A stretch of 64,000 bases of DNA from Eledone cirrhosa (GCA_964016885.1 OZ024757.1:25916001-25980000); one strand, 5' to 3'; shown: positions 39,201 to 53,563, counted from the first letter of the stretch. The notes: generated by a model not told the origin, from the sequence alone. A program made the numbers and translations.

Positions 39201-39277
39201 CTCCTCCACTCCCATCGAGCGTGAAACTAATATAACTGTGTACAATTGCCTCGTGTGTTTTGTTTGTTTCATTTATT

Positions 39278-39325
<48 letters not shown>

Positions 39326-39421
39326 ATATATATATATATATATAACGAAGGAAATGTGGTAAGGAACCAGGTGGACCATAACGCACCAAAGTACTCAATA
39401 CTTGAGGTAGTAGAGTGGATA

Positions 39422-39555
39422 ATAGGAACCAGTAAGACCCCGACAGCTGAGCTCAAGCCGTTTCGACGGCTAATTCAAGCCGTTTCGACGGCTAATTTGG
39501 TAATTAGCCGTCGAAACGGCTTGAGCTCAGCTGTCGGGGTCTTACTGGTTCCTAT
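39422..39555. repeat. 54-bp perfect inverted repeat within a (TA)n-embedded element
   Basis: Arms 39422-39475 and 39502-39555; related element in opposite orientation at ~42440-42590. Confidence 0.92.
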
Positions 39556-39765
39556 ATATATATATATAAGTAGAAGTGGTATTTAATTTGTTGGAAGTCA
39601 GACAAACATAAATGTTTATAACAGATTTAGAGCACTTGACAGGTAACTGGAGTAAATATTTTCAATGATATTAAATAAATGGAAACTATATTTATAATCC
39701 AGTGAATTTCCAACCGATAAGGTATGATTTTCATGGGTATGTCTCTATTTATAAAACAAACTTTG

Positions 39766-39830
39766 TATTTTATCTGATGAAAGTGCACCAATGTTGTCTT
39801 GGTTGCCCTTGAAATATATATAATAAAATA
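39766..39830 (+). ncRNA. Intact-looking minimal type I hammerhead
   Basis: tattttat-CTGATGA-aagtgcaccaa..ttggttgccctt-GAAAT-atat-ATA-ataaaata; predicted cleavage after 39822; flanked by ~35-bp inverted repeats. Confidence 0.75.
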
Positions 39831-40172
39831 AATATGGTTTTATAAATATAGTTTCCATTTATTTAATATCATTGTATATATATATATATATGTGTAATTG
39901 TTTCTACTTTTAGGCACAAGGCCAGCAAATACCAGTGTATTACTGGTACTTTATTTTATGAATGTATGTATACAGATGTATGCCTATATGTGGGGGTGGA
40001 GTTGGTTAACTATTGTATGAGTGGTTGGTTCCTTTCCTGTTGGGGGATGAATCATTGAGGACTACTACTACCACTACTACTACTACTTTCATCATTACTA
40101 CCACCACCAATACTACTACTTCCACTTTCATCACTACTAGCACCACAACTACTACTACTACTACCCCTCCTG

Positions 40173-40212
<40 letters not shown>

Positions 40213-40319
40213 ATTGTCCAATATTCCCTCCTTGACCCTTTTTCATCACATGCTATCATATTTCTAACCCTTTCCTTACAAGGACAGGACATGTGACCTA
40301 TTAACCCTGTCTTCTGTGT

Positions 40320-41040
<721 letters not shown>

Positions 41041-41329
41041 GTATCTGTACTTAAACAGTACATTCTATATTGTTCTGTAGGTAGAGAGGGTTTTCCTTCC
41101 AAGTACTTGAGTGGGAGTGGGGAGGGGAGGGGGAGGATAGAATGCACTGAAGGAGAGACAAGACACACTGTCTAGTGCCATATGTAGCATCTACATCAAT
41201 GTCATGATGACGATGATGATGATAATCATTACCATCATCATCATCATCATCATCATCGTTCTATTCATCATAACCATCATGATTATTGTCCTGGTCATCA
41301 TCATCATCATCATCATCATCATTGTCATC

Positions 41330-42110
41330 TAGTGGTGATCATGGTGGTGTTGGTAGAGGTGGTAATGGCAGTGGTGGTGGTGGTGGTGGTGGTGTTGCTG
41401 GTAGTGTTGGTGGTGCTAGTGATAGTGATGATGGTGCTGGTGATAGTGATGATGATGGAGGTTGTGTTGGTGATAGTGATAGTGGTGATGATGGTGGTGG
41501 TGGTGGTGGTGTTGATGATGGTGGTGGTGTTGGTGATAGTGGTGATGATGATGGTGGTGGTGGTGTTGGTGATAGTGATGATGATGGTGGTGTTGGTGGT
41601 GGTGGTGTTGGTGATAGTGGTGATGATGATGGTGTTGGTCGTGCTGGTGATAGTGATGATGATGGTGGTGGTGGTGTTGGTGATGCTGGTGATAGTGATG
41701 ATGGTGATGGTGGTGTTGGTGATAGTGATGATGGTGCTGGTGCTGGTGATAGTGATAGTGGTGATGATGGTGGTGGTGGTGGTGGTGGTGTTGATGATGA
41801 TGGTGGTGTTGGTGGTGCTGGTGATAGTGATGATGATGGTGGTGGTGGTGGTGTTGGTGATAGTGATGATGATGATGGTGGTGTTGGTGGTGCTGGTGAT
41901 AGTGATGATGATGGTGGTGGTGGTGTTGGTGATGCTGGTGATAGTGATGATGGTGGTGGTGTTGGTGATGCTGGTGATAGTGATGATGGTGTTAGTGTTG
42001 GTGGTGCTGGTTATAGTGATAATGATGGTGGTGGTGTTGGTGATAGGGATGATGGTGGTGGTGCTGGTGATAGTGATGATGATGGTGGTGGTGGTATTGA
42101 TGGTGGTGTT
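41330..42110. repeat. (GGT/GAT/AGT) triplet-derived minisatellite
   Basis: ggtgatagtgatgatgatggtggtggtgtt recurs. Confidence 0.85.
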
Positions 42111-42603
42111 GACAGCCCCATGACAACTCAACACACACCCCACTCCTACGTCCACCACTTCCCCCTCTTCTCAATGACCACCACTAAACCACCACCACCA
42201 TCACCAACACTCCTACATTAACAACCAGCACCACCACCACCATCCCCACCATCAACATCACTACCACCTCCATCATCATCACCATCAGCACCACCACCAT
42301 CACTACCACCGTCACCATCATCACCATCACTACCATCACCACCACCATCATCACCATCAAAATATTCACACCATTTACTGAATTATATCATCATCATACA
42401 CACACACACATATATATATATATAGATATCTATATATAAAGATTCTGAACGATTGGATCTAGCTGTTGAAATGGCCGGAGCTCAGCCGTTGGGGTCCTGA
42501 ATCTTTTCCTATTACCCACTCTACTACCCCAAGTATCGAGTACCCTGGTGGGTTATGGTTCACCTGGTTTTTACCACACCCTTTCTGATAATTATATATA
42601 TAT

Positions 42604-42920
42604 GGAGGCACATGGCTTAGTGGTTAGAGCATTGGCCTTGCAATCGAAAGGTTGTGAGTTCAATTCTCAGACCGGGTGATGTTTTTTCCTTGAGCAAGAC
42701 ACTTTATTTCACATTGCTCCAGTTTACTCAGCTCTAGAAATGAGATGATAGGGACTAGGGTCCTTATCATTCCACTGCAAAGTGGTCGTGGAGGTGCCAC
42801 GGCAAAAAAGCACCCAGCACTCCAGTTAGGAAGGGCATCCAACTGTAGAAATCAAGCCAGAATCAGTTCCCATCCCACCCTTGCAAGCAGGGAAAAGCGG
42901 ACGTAAAAATGAAATGAATG
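42604..42920 (+). mobile_element. SINE family B followed by an inverted copy of its tail
   Basis: Full SINE; 42927-42969 is the reverse complement of the tail. Confidence 0.88.
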
Positions 42921-43054
42921 AATATATCATCATCATTTCATCTTACGTCCGCTTTTTCCCTGCTTGCAATCTTCAGGTTCATAATGTGTGGTGACAGTCA
43001 AGTTTGCAATTTTCAACAGTTGAAAATTGCAAACTTGACTGTCACCACACATTA

Positions 43055-43093
43055 TGAACCTGAAGATTGTGAAAGCATGAAAGTACTTGTTCA
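43055..43093 (+). ncRNA. Minimal hammerhead-like motif overlapping a 51-bp-arm palindrome (42967-43069)
   Basis: tgaac-CTGAAGA-t-tgt-gaaa-gca-t-GAAAG-ta-CTT-gttca. Confidence 0.6.
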
Positions 43094-43409
43094 AATAACA
43101 CTTAACATTTATTATTCTACCATACTATTTCATTCTAATACCATTATAAATTTTAAAGGATTGTAAATAAAACGAGTAAATCAGACAAAGTTGGAATTCC
43201 TTTTATTAATATATATATATATATGGTTATAGTTGGGCAGTCATATTGTAAAAATATTGCCAGAAATAATAACAGAACACACTCACTGTTTGGTTGGTTT
43301 TCACTTCTGTATCTTTTATATCTCCATAGTTAATTCATTTGGTAATCAACGTTTATTATTGATTGACCAACAGTTAAAAATAAACATATAAATATACATA
43401 TATATAGTC

Positions 43410-43454
43410 TATCAAAGTTCTTTCGTTGCACATTTGCAACATCATCAGTGGTAC
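43410..43454 (-). ncRNA. Minimal hammerhead-like motif
   Basis: tacca-CTGATGA-t-gttgca-aatg-tgcaac-GAAAG-aa-CTT-tgata; perfect 6-bp stem II. Confidence 0.6.
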
Positions 43455-44093
43455 TATTCTGTTTCCTCCTGTTGTATTGTATGTCTACACCATTTTAATT
43501 TTATTTATGAATATATAGACTTAAGTGTTAATAAGTAAGAAAGAGGATACCATCAGAGAAATGGTTCTTTTTGGTATGTCAGAAAGGGGTGTGCAGTAAT
43601 TCTATAAGGTGCTCACAGTGTAATCTATGTATGCACAAGTGATGTAATATAAAGAGAGAAAGAAAGAGTGAGAGAGAACTCTTCGGTCATGTCATGGACA
43701 TGACAGTCTCTCTAGTACTGCTGCAGATGAAATGCACCCAGTACACTCTGTAAAATAACTCCATGCCCCACCTCACCTCACACTACTCCTCTTGGAGGAC
43801 AGTAACTCTCATTAAATTCTGACTTGGCTCGTAATAGCCTGCCCCACCCATCTCAGAATGGAGAACAGATGTAAAATGATGATGTATATATGTATATATA
43901 TACATACCTACAGACATATATATATATATATATATATGTAATCGCCAATGGTTGTGAACTAAATTAGTGAAACATATATATCATCATCATTGGATGTAAA
44001 ATGGTGATGATGATAGATATGTATATGTACATCTCTCTCTCTCTATCTCTCTCTCTCTCTCTCTTTATATATATATATACACAAACACACACT

Positions 44094-44137
<44 letters not shown>

Positions 44138-44869
44138 CATACTTATATATACATATATATACAATCATATATATACATACATATATATACATACTTATAT
44201 TTATGTACATATATTTATATACATATATACGTGTGTATAGATGTGTGTATGTGTGTGTGTAGATATATGCATATTTATATGTATATATGGATTTTCACAT
44301 TATATGAATTGAAGTGAAATTTTTAAAACAAAAAACAAAAAAAAATGTCCTGAGTGAAAGAGAGATAGAGACACAGAGAGGGAGGGGTGAGAAAGAAAGA
44401 GTGAGAGGTTTAACTAGAGAGAGTGAGAGAGAGATGGGGAGAGTCTGTGTTATTATGACCTACTTATTGATTTAATGCTATTGCACACTGTTTGGTGTGT
44501 GTATATGTATATATGTGTGTGTATGTATATGTATGTGTGTATGTATGTTTGTGTTAGTGTATATATATGTGTGTATGTATGTATATATGTGTGTGTTAGT
44601 GTATATATGTGTGTATGTATGTGTGTGTGTGTGTGTAGGTATGTCTATGTATGTGTGTGTTAGTGTATATATGTGTGTGTATGTATGCATATGTGTAATG
44701 TGTGTGCTGCTGTTAACAGTTATGCAAAGCAAATAATTGCTATCCCTATGTTTGTGTATGTATATATATATATATATATACATATGTATATACATATGTA
44801 TATACATATGTATATGAATTCATGTGTGTGCATGTCCTTGTTTATAAGAGTTTGTCAATATGTGGGTGG

Positions 44870-44905
<36 letters not shown>

Positions 44906-44990
44906 TATATTGTGGCACCAGTACAACCCCTTTACAGAGTGTACTGGGTTCATTTTATCATGGTGTGTATGTATATATATATATATATAT

Positions 44991-45547
44991 CATCATCATC
45001 ATCATCATTTTACGCCCGCTTTTCCCTGCTTGCAAGGGTGGGACGGGTCTTATTCAGCACAGCATCTCTCCACTCGTCACGGTCCCTCGTCATCTCCACC
45101 GTGAGCTTCAATGATCTGAGGTCTGTTCTCACCACCTCCGCCCATGTTTTTCGTGGTCTACCTCTACCACGTCTTCCTTCAACTGGCATTTCCTGGCACT
45201 TCTTCACCCATCGGTCATCCTCCATGCGCATCACATGTCCATACCACCTCAGTCTCCTCTCCCGTACACTACATTCTATCCCTCTCAGACACAGTTTCTC
45301 TCTCAACACATTTATGCTGGGTCGTTCACGCACATTTACACTGCACATCCAACGGAGCATGCTTGCCTCATTTCTCTCCAGCCGTCGCATATCTTCTGCG
45401 GTTGCTGCCCATGTCTCACTACCATGCAGCATCGCGCTCCTCACACAGGCATCATACAACCGGCCTTTCGTACGCAGGGAGAAACCCTTCTTCGTCAACA
45501 GAGGAAGCAGCTCCCTAAACTTCTTCCAACCCGTCCTTATTCTAGAT
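44991..45547 (-). mobile_element. 5'-truncated RTE LINE (family A)
   Basis: SRIRTGWKKFRELLPLLTKKGFSLRTKGRLYDACVRSAMLHGSETW..RRLRWYGHV..GRPRKTW. Confidence 0.93.
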
Positions 45548-45553
45548 ATATAT

Positions 45554-45790
45554 ATACACACCATGATAAAATGAACCCAGTACACTCTGTAAGGGGGTTG
45601 TACTGGTGCCACAATAAAATATGCCCAATGCATTATGTAAAGGGATAGTGTTAGTGCCACGATAAAATGCACCCAGTACACTCTGTAAAGGGGTTGTACT
45701 GGTGCCACAATAAAATCTGCCCAATGCATTATGTAAAGGGATAGTGTTAGTGCCACGATAAAATGCACCCAGTATACTCTGTAAAATGGT
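45554..45790. repeat. 96-bp tandem repeat x~2.3
   Basis: gataaaatg recurs at 45565, 45661, 45757. Confidence 0.85.
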
Positions 45791-46819
45791 ACTGATGGTG
45801 TCATGATAGAATGGATTTAGTACACTCAGTAATGTGGTAGTGCTAGTATCACTACCACTACGACCACCATCAACAATTCCATCCACCACCACTACCAACA
45901 GCACTACCTCCACCCCACCACCACTACCAACACCATCACCAACACCACCACTACCCCCACCCCACCACTACCAACACCACTACCACCCCCACCACTACTA
46001 ACACCAACACCACCACCACTACCAAAACCACCAACACCCCTGCCACCACCCCACCACTACTACCAACACCACCACTACCCCCACCAACACCACTATCTCC
46101 ACCACCACTACTAACACGAACACCACCACCACCAACACCCCTACCACCACCTCACCACCACTACCAACACACCACCACTGCCAACATCACTACCACCACT
46201 CCCACCACCACTACTAACACCAACGCCACCACCACTACCACCCCACCCCCACCAACAAAGTTGTTTGAAAGATCTACAATTTAACAAAGGTAAAATCTTA
46301 TCCCACATGAGGTCATCAACATTATTATTTCATATGGCCTTCATATGTGTTGTTGTTGCTACTGTTGTTGTTACTGCTGTTGTTGTTGTTGTTGTTGTTG
46401 TTACTGTTGTTATTGTTGTTGTTGTTGTTGTTGCTGGTGTTACTGTTGTTGTTATTGTTGCTGGTGTCACTGTTGTTGTTGTTATTGTTGCTGGTGTCAC
46501 TGTTGTTGTTGTTGCTGTTGGTGTTGTTGTAGTTGCTGTTGTTACTGTTGTTATTGTCGGTGTTGTTGTTGTTGTTACTGTTGGTGTTGTTGGTGTTGTT
46601 GTTAGCAATGTTGGTGTTTTTGTTGTTGGCAATGTTGGCAATGTTGTTATTGTTGTTGGTGTTGTTGTTGTTGTTGTTGTTGTTAGTTATGTCATCATTA
46701 TTGTTGTTATTAATCCTGTTCCTGTTTAACCCTAAGTTGGGTTTGATTCAACAGATGTATAATCAAAAAGACATCCCAACCGCGACCATCCTGTAGTTAC
46801 CTTGTTTTGGTTAATCACA

Positions 46820-47525
46820 TTTGACCCAGTTATGTTACACACACAATGACCCAATTGGTCACACTCACAACGACCCAATTATGTCACTCACACTAAGACT
46901 CAATTATGTCACACACTCAATGACCCAGTTGTGTCACACATACGGCTCGTCTGACCCAATTATGTCACACGCAATGGCCCAGTTGTGTCACACATACGGC
47001 TCATCTGACCCAATTATGTCACACTCAATGACCCAGTTGTCACGCATACGACTCGTCTGACCCAATTATGTCACACACAATGGCCCAGTTGTGCCACACA
47101 TACGACTCATCTGACCCAATTGTGTCACACACTCAATGACCCAGTTGTGCCACATACAACTCGCCTGACCCAATTGTGTCACACTCAATGACCCAGTTGT
47201 GTCACACATACGACTCGTCTGACCCAATTGTGTCACACACACAATCACCCAGTTGTGCCACACATACAACTCATCTGACCCAATTGTGTCACACACTCAA
47301 TGACCCAGTTGCATCACACATACAACTTGTCTGACCCAATTATGTCACACACTCAATGACCCAGTTGCATCACATACAACTCGTCTGACCCAATTGTGTC
47401 ACACACTCAATGACCCAGTTGTGCCACACATACAACTCGTCTGACTCAATTATGTCACACGCTCAATGACCCAATTGTGTCACACACAAGGAATGACCCA
47501 GTTGTGTCACACATGCGACTCATCT
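46820..47525. repeat. ~55-bp bipartite minisatellite
   Basis: gacccaattatgtcacacactcaat + gacccagttgtgtcacacatacgactcgtct. Confidence 0.92.
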
Positions 47526-48420
47526 TACCGATGCAAGCATGGAAAAAAATGGACATTAAACGGTGATGATGATGATATTACTTTATAAAATAAAGTACCA
47601 GTCAAGTACTGGGGTTAATTTGATTCCTCTTCTGCCCAAATTGCTGGCCTTGTCCTAAATTAGACACCATTATTCCAATGTCTTGTGAGAATTCACTGTT
47701 GTTTTTGCCTCCATTAAACTTTCGAAATTGGCATAATAAATATTTCTCTCTTACCTCTCTCTCTTACCTCTCTCTTTTTCTTTCTTTCTCTTTCATTCTC
47801 TTTCTCTCTCCCTCATTCTCTTTCTCTCTCATTCTCTTTTTCTTTCACCACCTTTCTCTCTTCTCTTTCTCTCTCCCTCTCTCTTTCACCCTCTATTTCT
47901 CTTTCATTCCTCTCTCTCTCTTGTGTTCTCTCTCTCTCTCTCCTCTCATTCTTGTTCCTCTCTCTCTCTCTCTTTTTCTCTCTCTATTCCTCTCTCTCTC
48001 TCTAATTCCTCTGCCTCTCCCTTTCTCATTATTGTTCCTCTCACTCCCTCCCCCTCTTTCACTCTCTCTCTTTCCCCTCTCCCCTTCCTCTTTCTACTCT
48101 CTTTTTCCCTCTCTCTTCCTCACTCTACCCCCCTCTCTCATCCCTCTCTCTATCTCTCCACCCACACCATCTTATATTTCAACAACTACAAAGAAGAAGG
48201 AGGATAAGGGGGGAGGAAGAAGAAAGAGGAAGAGAATGAGTCTGAAGAGGATTATTTCTCACTAAAACACATCAAGACATTTGTTGCCAACTCTTTAGGT
48301 TGGGTTTTCTTTTTTTTGTTATTTTTTGTTATTTTGTTGATATTTTCACCAAAGAGGTGAACGACCTGCTTCTTTGATTTCTCTTCATAGCTTCTTCAAT
48401 CATAGTAAAAATTATTTCTG

Positions 48421-48515
48421 ATTGGTCAGTAAGGAAGCTGCCAATAGACTACATTGTGTGGTGCGCCTCCTGGTGACAGAGTATAAAACTATTGTTAGAA
48501 AGTAGCTGAGTAGTA
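48421..48515 (+). promoter_or_regulatory. Candidate Pol II promoter (two CCAAT boxes, CTCF-like motif, TATAAAA)
   Basis: ATTGG 48421, CCAAT 48441, tgcgcctcctggtga 48462-76, TATAAAA 48482-88; no transcript evidence. Confidence 0.3.
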
Positions 48516-49790
48516 CCGCAGCACAACAGTGACATAATCCACATCACCTCACATATATACATACATATACATACACCTTCTTCCTTTCCAGCACTAGCAC
48601 CACCACCAACAACACTATTACCACCACCACAACCACCAACACAATTATCACCAACAACAACACTACTACCACCACTACCACCACCTCTACTACCACTACC
48701 AACAACACTACTACCACCACCATCAACACTACTACCACCACCATCAACACTACTACCACCACCATCAACACTACTACCACTACCAACATTAACAACAACA
48801 CCACCATACTACTACCAACACCACCATACTACTACCACCAACACCACCACCACTACCAATACCAATACTACCACCACCCCACCAACACCACTGCTATGAC
48901 CACAACACCACCACCACTGATACCATCACGACACCACCACCAACAACAATAACAACAACAACACCACCACCACCCACAACAACAACTCCTCTACCACCAC
49001 CACCACTACCACCAACAACAACAACAACAACCCATCCACCACCACCACCAACAACAACACCACAACCACTACCACCACCAAAACCATCACCACCACCACA
49101 ACACCACTACCACCACCACGACCACCACTACTACCAACACCACACCAACAACTCCACCACAACAACAACACCACCACTACCACCACAACAACACCACCAC
49201 TACCACCACAACAACACCACCACTAACACCACACCAACAACAACACCACCACTAACACCACACCAACAACAACACCACTACCACCACCACCACCACCACA
49301 ACAACAACACCACCACTACCACCACAACAACACCACTACCACCACAACACCACCACCACTAACACCACACCAACAACAACACCACCACTAACACCACACC
49401 AACAACAACACCACAACAACACCACCACAACACCACCACTAACACCACACCAACAACAACACCACCACTAACACCACACCAACAACAACACCACAACAAC
49501 ACCACCACAACACCACCACTAACACCACACCAACACCACCACTACCACCACACACTACATGTATCAATGTGGGTAGGTGTACTATTCACTGTTCAGTCAC
49601 TTTTATCCTATCATGTCCTCTGTGTGTTCTTTAATCAAACTGACCTCGCTGCTGTCATAACCATAGCAAAAACAATATGACTATCTGTTGGGTTTTGGTT
49701 TTTTTTTTTTCTTTAGATTTCATAATGTATGTATAATATGTGTAATATTTATGCATTGTATGTACATATATATATATATATATATATATA

Positions 49791-50210
49791 AGTAGAAGTT
49801 GTATTTAATTTGTTGGAAGGCCGACAAACATAAATGTTTATAACTGATTTAGAGCACTCAACAATTAACTGGAGTAAATATTCAATGATATTAAATGAAG
49901 GGAAACTATATTTATAAAACCATATTTATTTTGTTTCTGAATTTGTTTAGCAAGATTCTTTATCTGAAATCGTGTGTTGAAACCGATATTGTTATACTTA
50001 GGGAGGGTCATGTTGCCAATAAGAAACACACGCACCAGTTGCTTTCACTTTATTTTATTATATATATTTTTATATATATTATATATATATATTTCAAGGG
50101 CAATCAAGACAACAAAGTTTGTTTTATAAATAGAGACGTACCCATGGAAATCATACCTTATCGGTTGGAAATTCATGGTTTTATAAATATAGTTTCCCAT
50201 CATTTAATAT

Positions 50211-50216
<6 letters not shown>
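49791..50216. mobile_element. Paralog of the 39569-39873 element; inner segment inverted, hammerhead partly deleted
   Basis: Same gtagaagt.gtatttaatttgttggaag start and caatgatattaaat../..atttaatatcattg inverted repeats. Confidence 0.7.
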
Positions 50217-50242
<26 letters not shown>

Positions 50243-50701
50243 GCTTTGTACGTACATAAATATGTTTATATATATACGCACACACGTGTGTGTGTGTATA
50301 TATATAGATATACATATGTGGGTATATGTATATATACATATATATATATGCGTGTGTGTATGTGTGCATTTATATATCAACATCACACACTCACATCATC
50401 ATCATCATGTAGTGTTCGTTTTCTCTGCTGGCAGGGGAAGGGTGGGTCTTCATTGACCAAGTCAATATACAAACTGAGCTACTGATCTCTCAGATGGGTC
50501 AGGGGCCCTGTATATGTGCTCACCTGCATTCCCACGCTGTACCAAGTGCCTTTTATTGTAGTACCAGTACTAGGGAACTTGCCATGTCTTTGACATAGCT
50601 GAAGAGTCATCTTAACCCTTTGTTTAGAAGATTTTCTATGATTAGATACCGTTCCCCTCACCAACCACTTTACAGAATGTACTGGGTGTGTTTATAATGT
50701 A

Positions 50702-50732
<31 letters not shown>

Positions 50733-50858
50733 CATCATCATCATCATCATCATCATATATATATATATATATATATACATATTGTTTTTGTTTTTCTCTC
50801 TAAAAACATTTTTTTTTTATTCCACCCTGCCCGTCAATCTTTCTAATTTCTCAATCTT

Positions 50859-50894
50859 TCTTTTGATGAAGGACTAGCATCTGAAATGTTAAGA
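50859..50894 (+). ncRNA. Degenerate hammerhead-like motif (loop-less family)
   Basis: tctt-tTGATGA-a-ggac-tagc-atct-GAAAt-GTT-aaga. Confidence 0.35.
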
Positions 50895-50978
50895 CCCTCT
50901 TCCTGCTATTTCAAGTGTTAAACTAATATATTCCTTCCATATACTGTACTGATTGTGTTGTTATTTCTGTTTACTTTT

Positions 50979-51087
<109 letters not shown>

Positions 51088-51174
51088 GTATATATATATA
51101 GTGGGGAAAAGGGTGGACATTAGAAAAAGTTCTATACATATCACTATATATAAGGAAAATGATTTTCCTTCTTT

Positions 51175-51262
<88 letters not shown>

Positions 51263-52023
51263 ATATTATATATATATATATATGATAAAAACAACAGGAG
51301 GCCAGATTGGGATATATCCTTTTAAAGTTTTATTCCTGCACTAGCATCGGGATTCAACATCAATCATGGATGAGTTGCATAACGTAGAGTGCTTTTCCTA
51401 CTATTACATCATGGTTAACTAAACAGAATGACCAGTTCTAACCATTGGGGAACCACAAAACATAAATACATGTGTTTCATTATTGATCAGCTCAACCTAC
51501 AATCAATCACAATCGGTTGTGACTCCGTAATTGATCGCACCTTAGACGTCTGAATTTTTATGTGCAAATGCTTTCTTCCATAAAGACTCTTATATCTTAG
51601 AAGCTATCGATTACAGAATTGAACCCAACCATATTTAATTGTTCCTTGAACTGACTGATAATGCAGCATGTGTCATGTACATAAAATAATATGTTTATGA
51701 TTCAATTTTCATACATTGTTCCAGTTTTCTTATAGCTAACATTCTGCATGTTACAGCTGCTAATAACTGTTGATTAATACAGGTGTATCCACCTCGATAA
51801 TTAGGTCTTTCTAACAGCATTGAGCTTTCAAACTAGTGTACCACCTGTAAATAACATTATACACATAATAACTATATATATAAACAAAATTAACTTGAAT
51901 ATTGAGTTTTGATATGCGGGTGTATAAGAATTTGTAGGAAGATGGAAAAACTCAGTGTAAGGAAGCTGTTAAAACAGCAAAATGCTGTTGAAGCGGCGCT
52001 GGGTAAAACATTACCTCAAAGGA

Positions 52024-52360
52024 TAGAAATCAGTGGCTAGAAGTGAGTATATATACTAGTCTAGTCTAAAGTCTCTCTTCAGTAGAAATCAGTGGCTAGA
52101 AGTGAGTATATATACTAGTCTAGTCTAAAGTCTCTCTTCAGTAGAAATAAGTGGCTAGAAGTGAGTATATATACTAGTCTAGTCTAAAGTCTCTCTTCAG
52201 TAGAAATCAGTGGCTAGAAGTGAGTATATATACTAGTCTAGTCTAAAGTCTCTCTTCAGTAGAAATCAGTGGCTAGAAGTGAGTGTATATACTAGTCTAG
52301 TCTAAAGTCTCTCTTCAGTAGAAATCAGTGGCTAGAAGTGAGTGTATATACTAGTCTCTC
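52024..52360. repeat. 59-bp tandem repeat x~5.5 at a SINE tail
   Basis: tagaaatcagtggctagaagtgagtatatatactagtctagtctaaagtctctcttcag, near-identical copies. Confidence 0.95.
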
Positions 52361-52540
52361 TTAGGCCAGAAGGCTTGTAAGGCTGATGCTTATCCTGGTT
52401 TCATGGTGTGAAGCAACTGAGTGTACAAGACTACCTCCTGAACAGGATGCCAGTCCATCACAGGGTTAACCCCTCAGATATTGCTGGTACTCATTTTCAA
52501 CTGAGTATACTGGAACAACATGAAATGAAGTATTTTCCAC
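52352..52540 (-). mobile_element. SINE family C fragment
   Basis: Homologous to 16425-16830 but lacking the MITE. Confidence 0.8.
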
Positions 52541-53005
52541 ATATTTTAATTCAGTTATCTTACCACTACACTAAATCAACCAGCCACTATTTTTAACATA
52601 TTTCATTATAGTTATCTTACTACTACACTAAAACAACCAGCTACTATTTTCCACATGTTTTAATAGGGCGAACGGGGGTTTTAAGCCCCAGGAGGCATTG
52701 AGCTCCACCACTCTACAAATACATTATATTTATACTTGGCACATTATACTTTGTAGTGTAGTTGAGCCTAATACACCCCTGAGGATTAATACCCTAATTT
52801 TCCCTACTGTTATCTTAACACTACACTAAAGCAACCAGCCACTATTTCCACATATTTTAATAGGACAAACAGGTGTATAAAGCCCCGTTTTCCCTACTGT
52901 TATCTTACACTAAAACAACAAGCACCCAATTTCCACATATTTCAATGCAGTTAGCTTATTACCACTACACTAAAACAACTAGCCACTATTTTCCACCTAA
53001 ATTAA

Positions 53006-53213
53006 CCCTTTAGCATTTAAACCGGCCGTATCTGGCCACAACTCTCTCACCTCTTTCTGTTCAAACCAGCCATAACTAGCCATTCCTACTGATGTTAAGG
53101 TATTGTTCTCAAAATAAATAATATCAAAATCTCATTGAGTCTATATTATGTGAGGTAAAGCCTTTACCGTGAAAATACAATAGTAAATATAGAGTATTGT
53201 AAATGCTAAAGAG
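53006..53213 (+). mobile_element. piggyBac-like MITE, complete
   Basis: TTAA 53002-05 and 53214-17. Confidence 0.88.
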
Positions 53214-53526
53214 TTAATACTGTTAATTTGCCAGCTACTATGTAAACAATAAATAGAAAGTCTAGGAAACATATGGCAGATTGAAATTTTAAAATATGTT
53301 TTCCCTTTTGCTATGAAGCAAGGGGTTATACCTCTTATAAGTTGACAACTGTTTTACTGTGATGATTCATATGTCTTGTAACAAATATTCAATAATCTAA
53401 TGACTGTCAAATTAACAGCTGGCACACTAATCTATGTCAAAAGACAATGTGTAAAAGCAACACAGGAGAATGATACAGTACAATGATGATATATATTAGT
53501 TTAACGCTTGATATAGTAGGAAAAGA

Positions 53527-53563
53527 GTCTTAACGTTTCAGACATTAGTCCTTCATCAGAAAT
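53527..53563 (-). ncRNA. Minimal hammerhead-like motif (loop-less family)
   Basis: ttt-CTGATGA-a-ggac-taat-gtct-GAAAC-GTT-aag. Confidence 0.55.

Noticed and set aside
41286-42221. Gly/Asp-rich ORF resembling acidic biomineralisation proteins
   Set aside because: Triplet minisatellite also open in another plus frame and on the minus strand; non-ATG start, no signal peptide and no clear splice sites.
42967-43069. miRNA precursor
   Set aside because: Perfect arms with a 1-nt loop and overlap with a repeat terminus fit an inverted duplication, not a Drosha substrate.
45548-45804. N-terminal extension of the 264-aa RTE ORF
   Set aside because: Chance in-frame fusion to a 96-bp tandem repeat across a TA tract.
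51285-51880. TA-embedded ~600-bp element with GAAAC-acat-GTA on the minus strand
   Set aside because: Matching CUGANGA and stem I were not identified and no recognisable PLE coding remnant was seen, so it is left unclassified.
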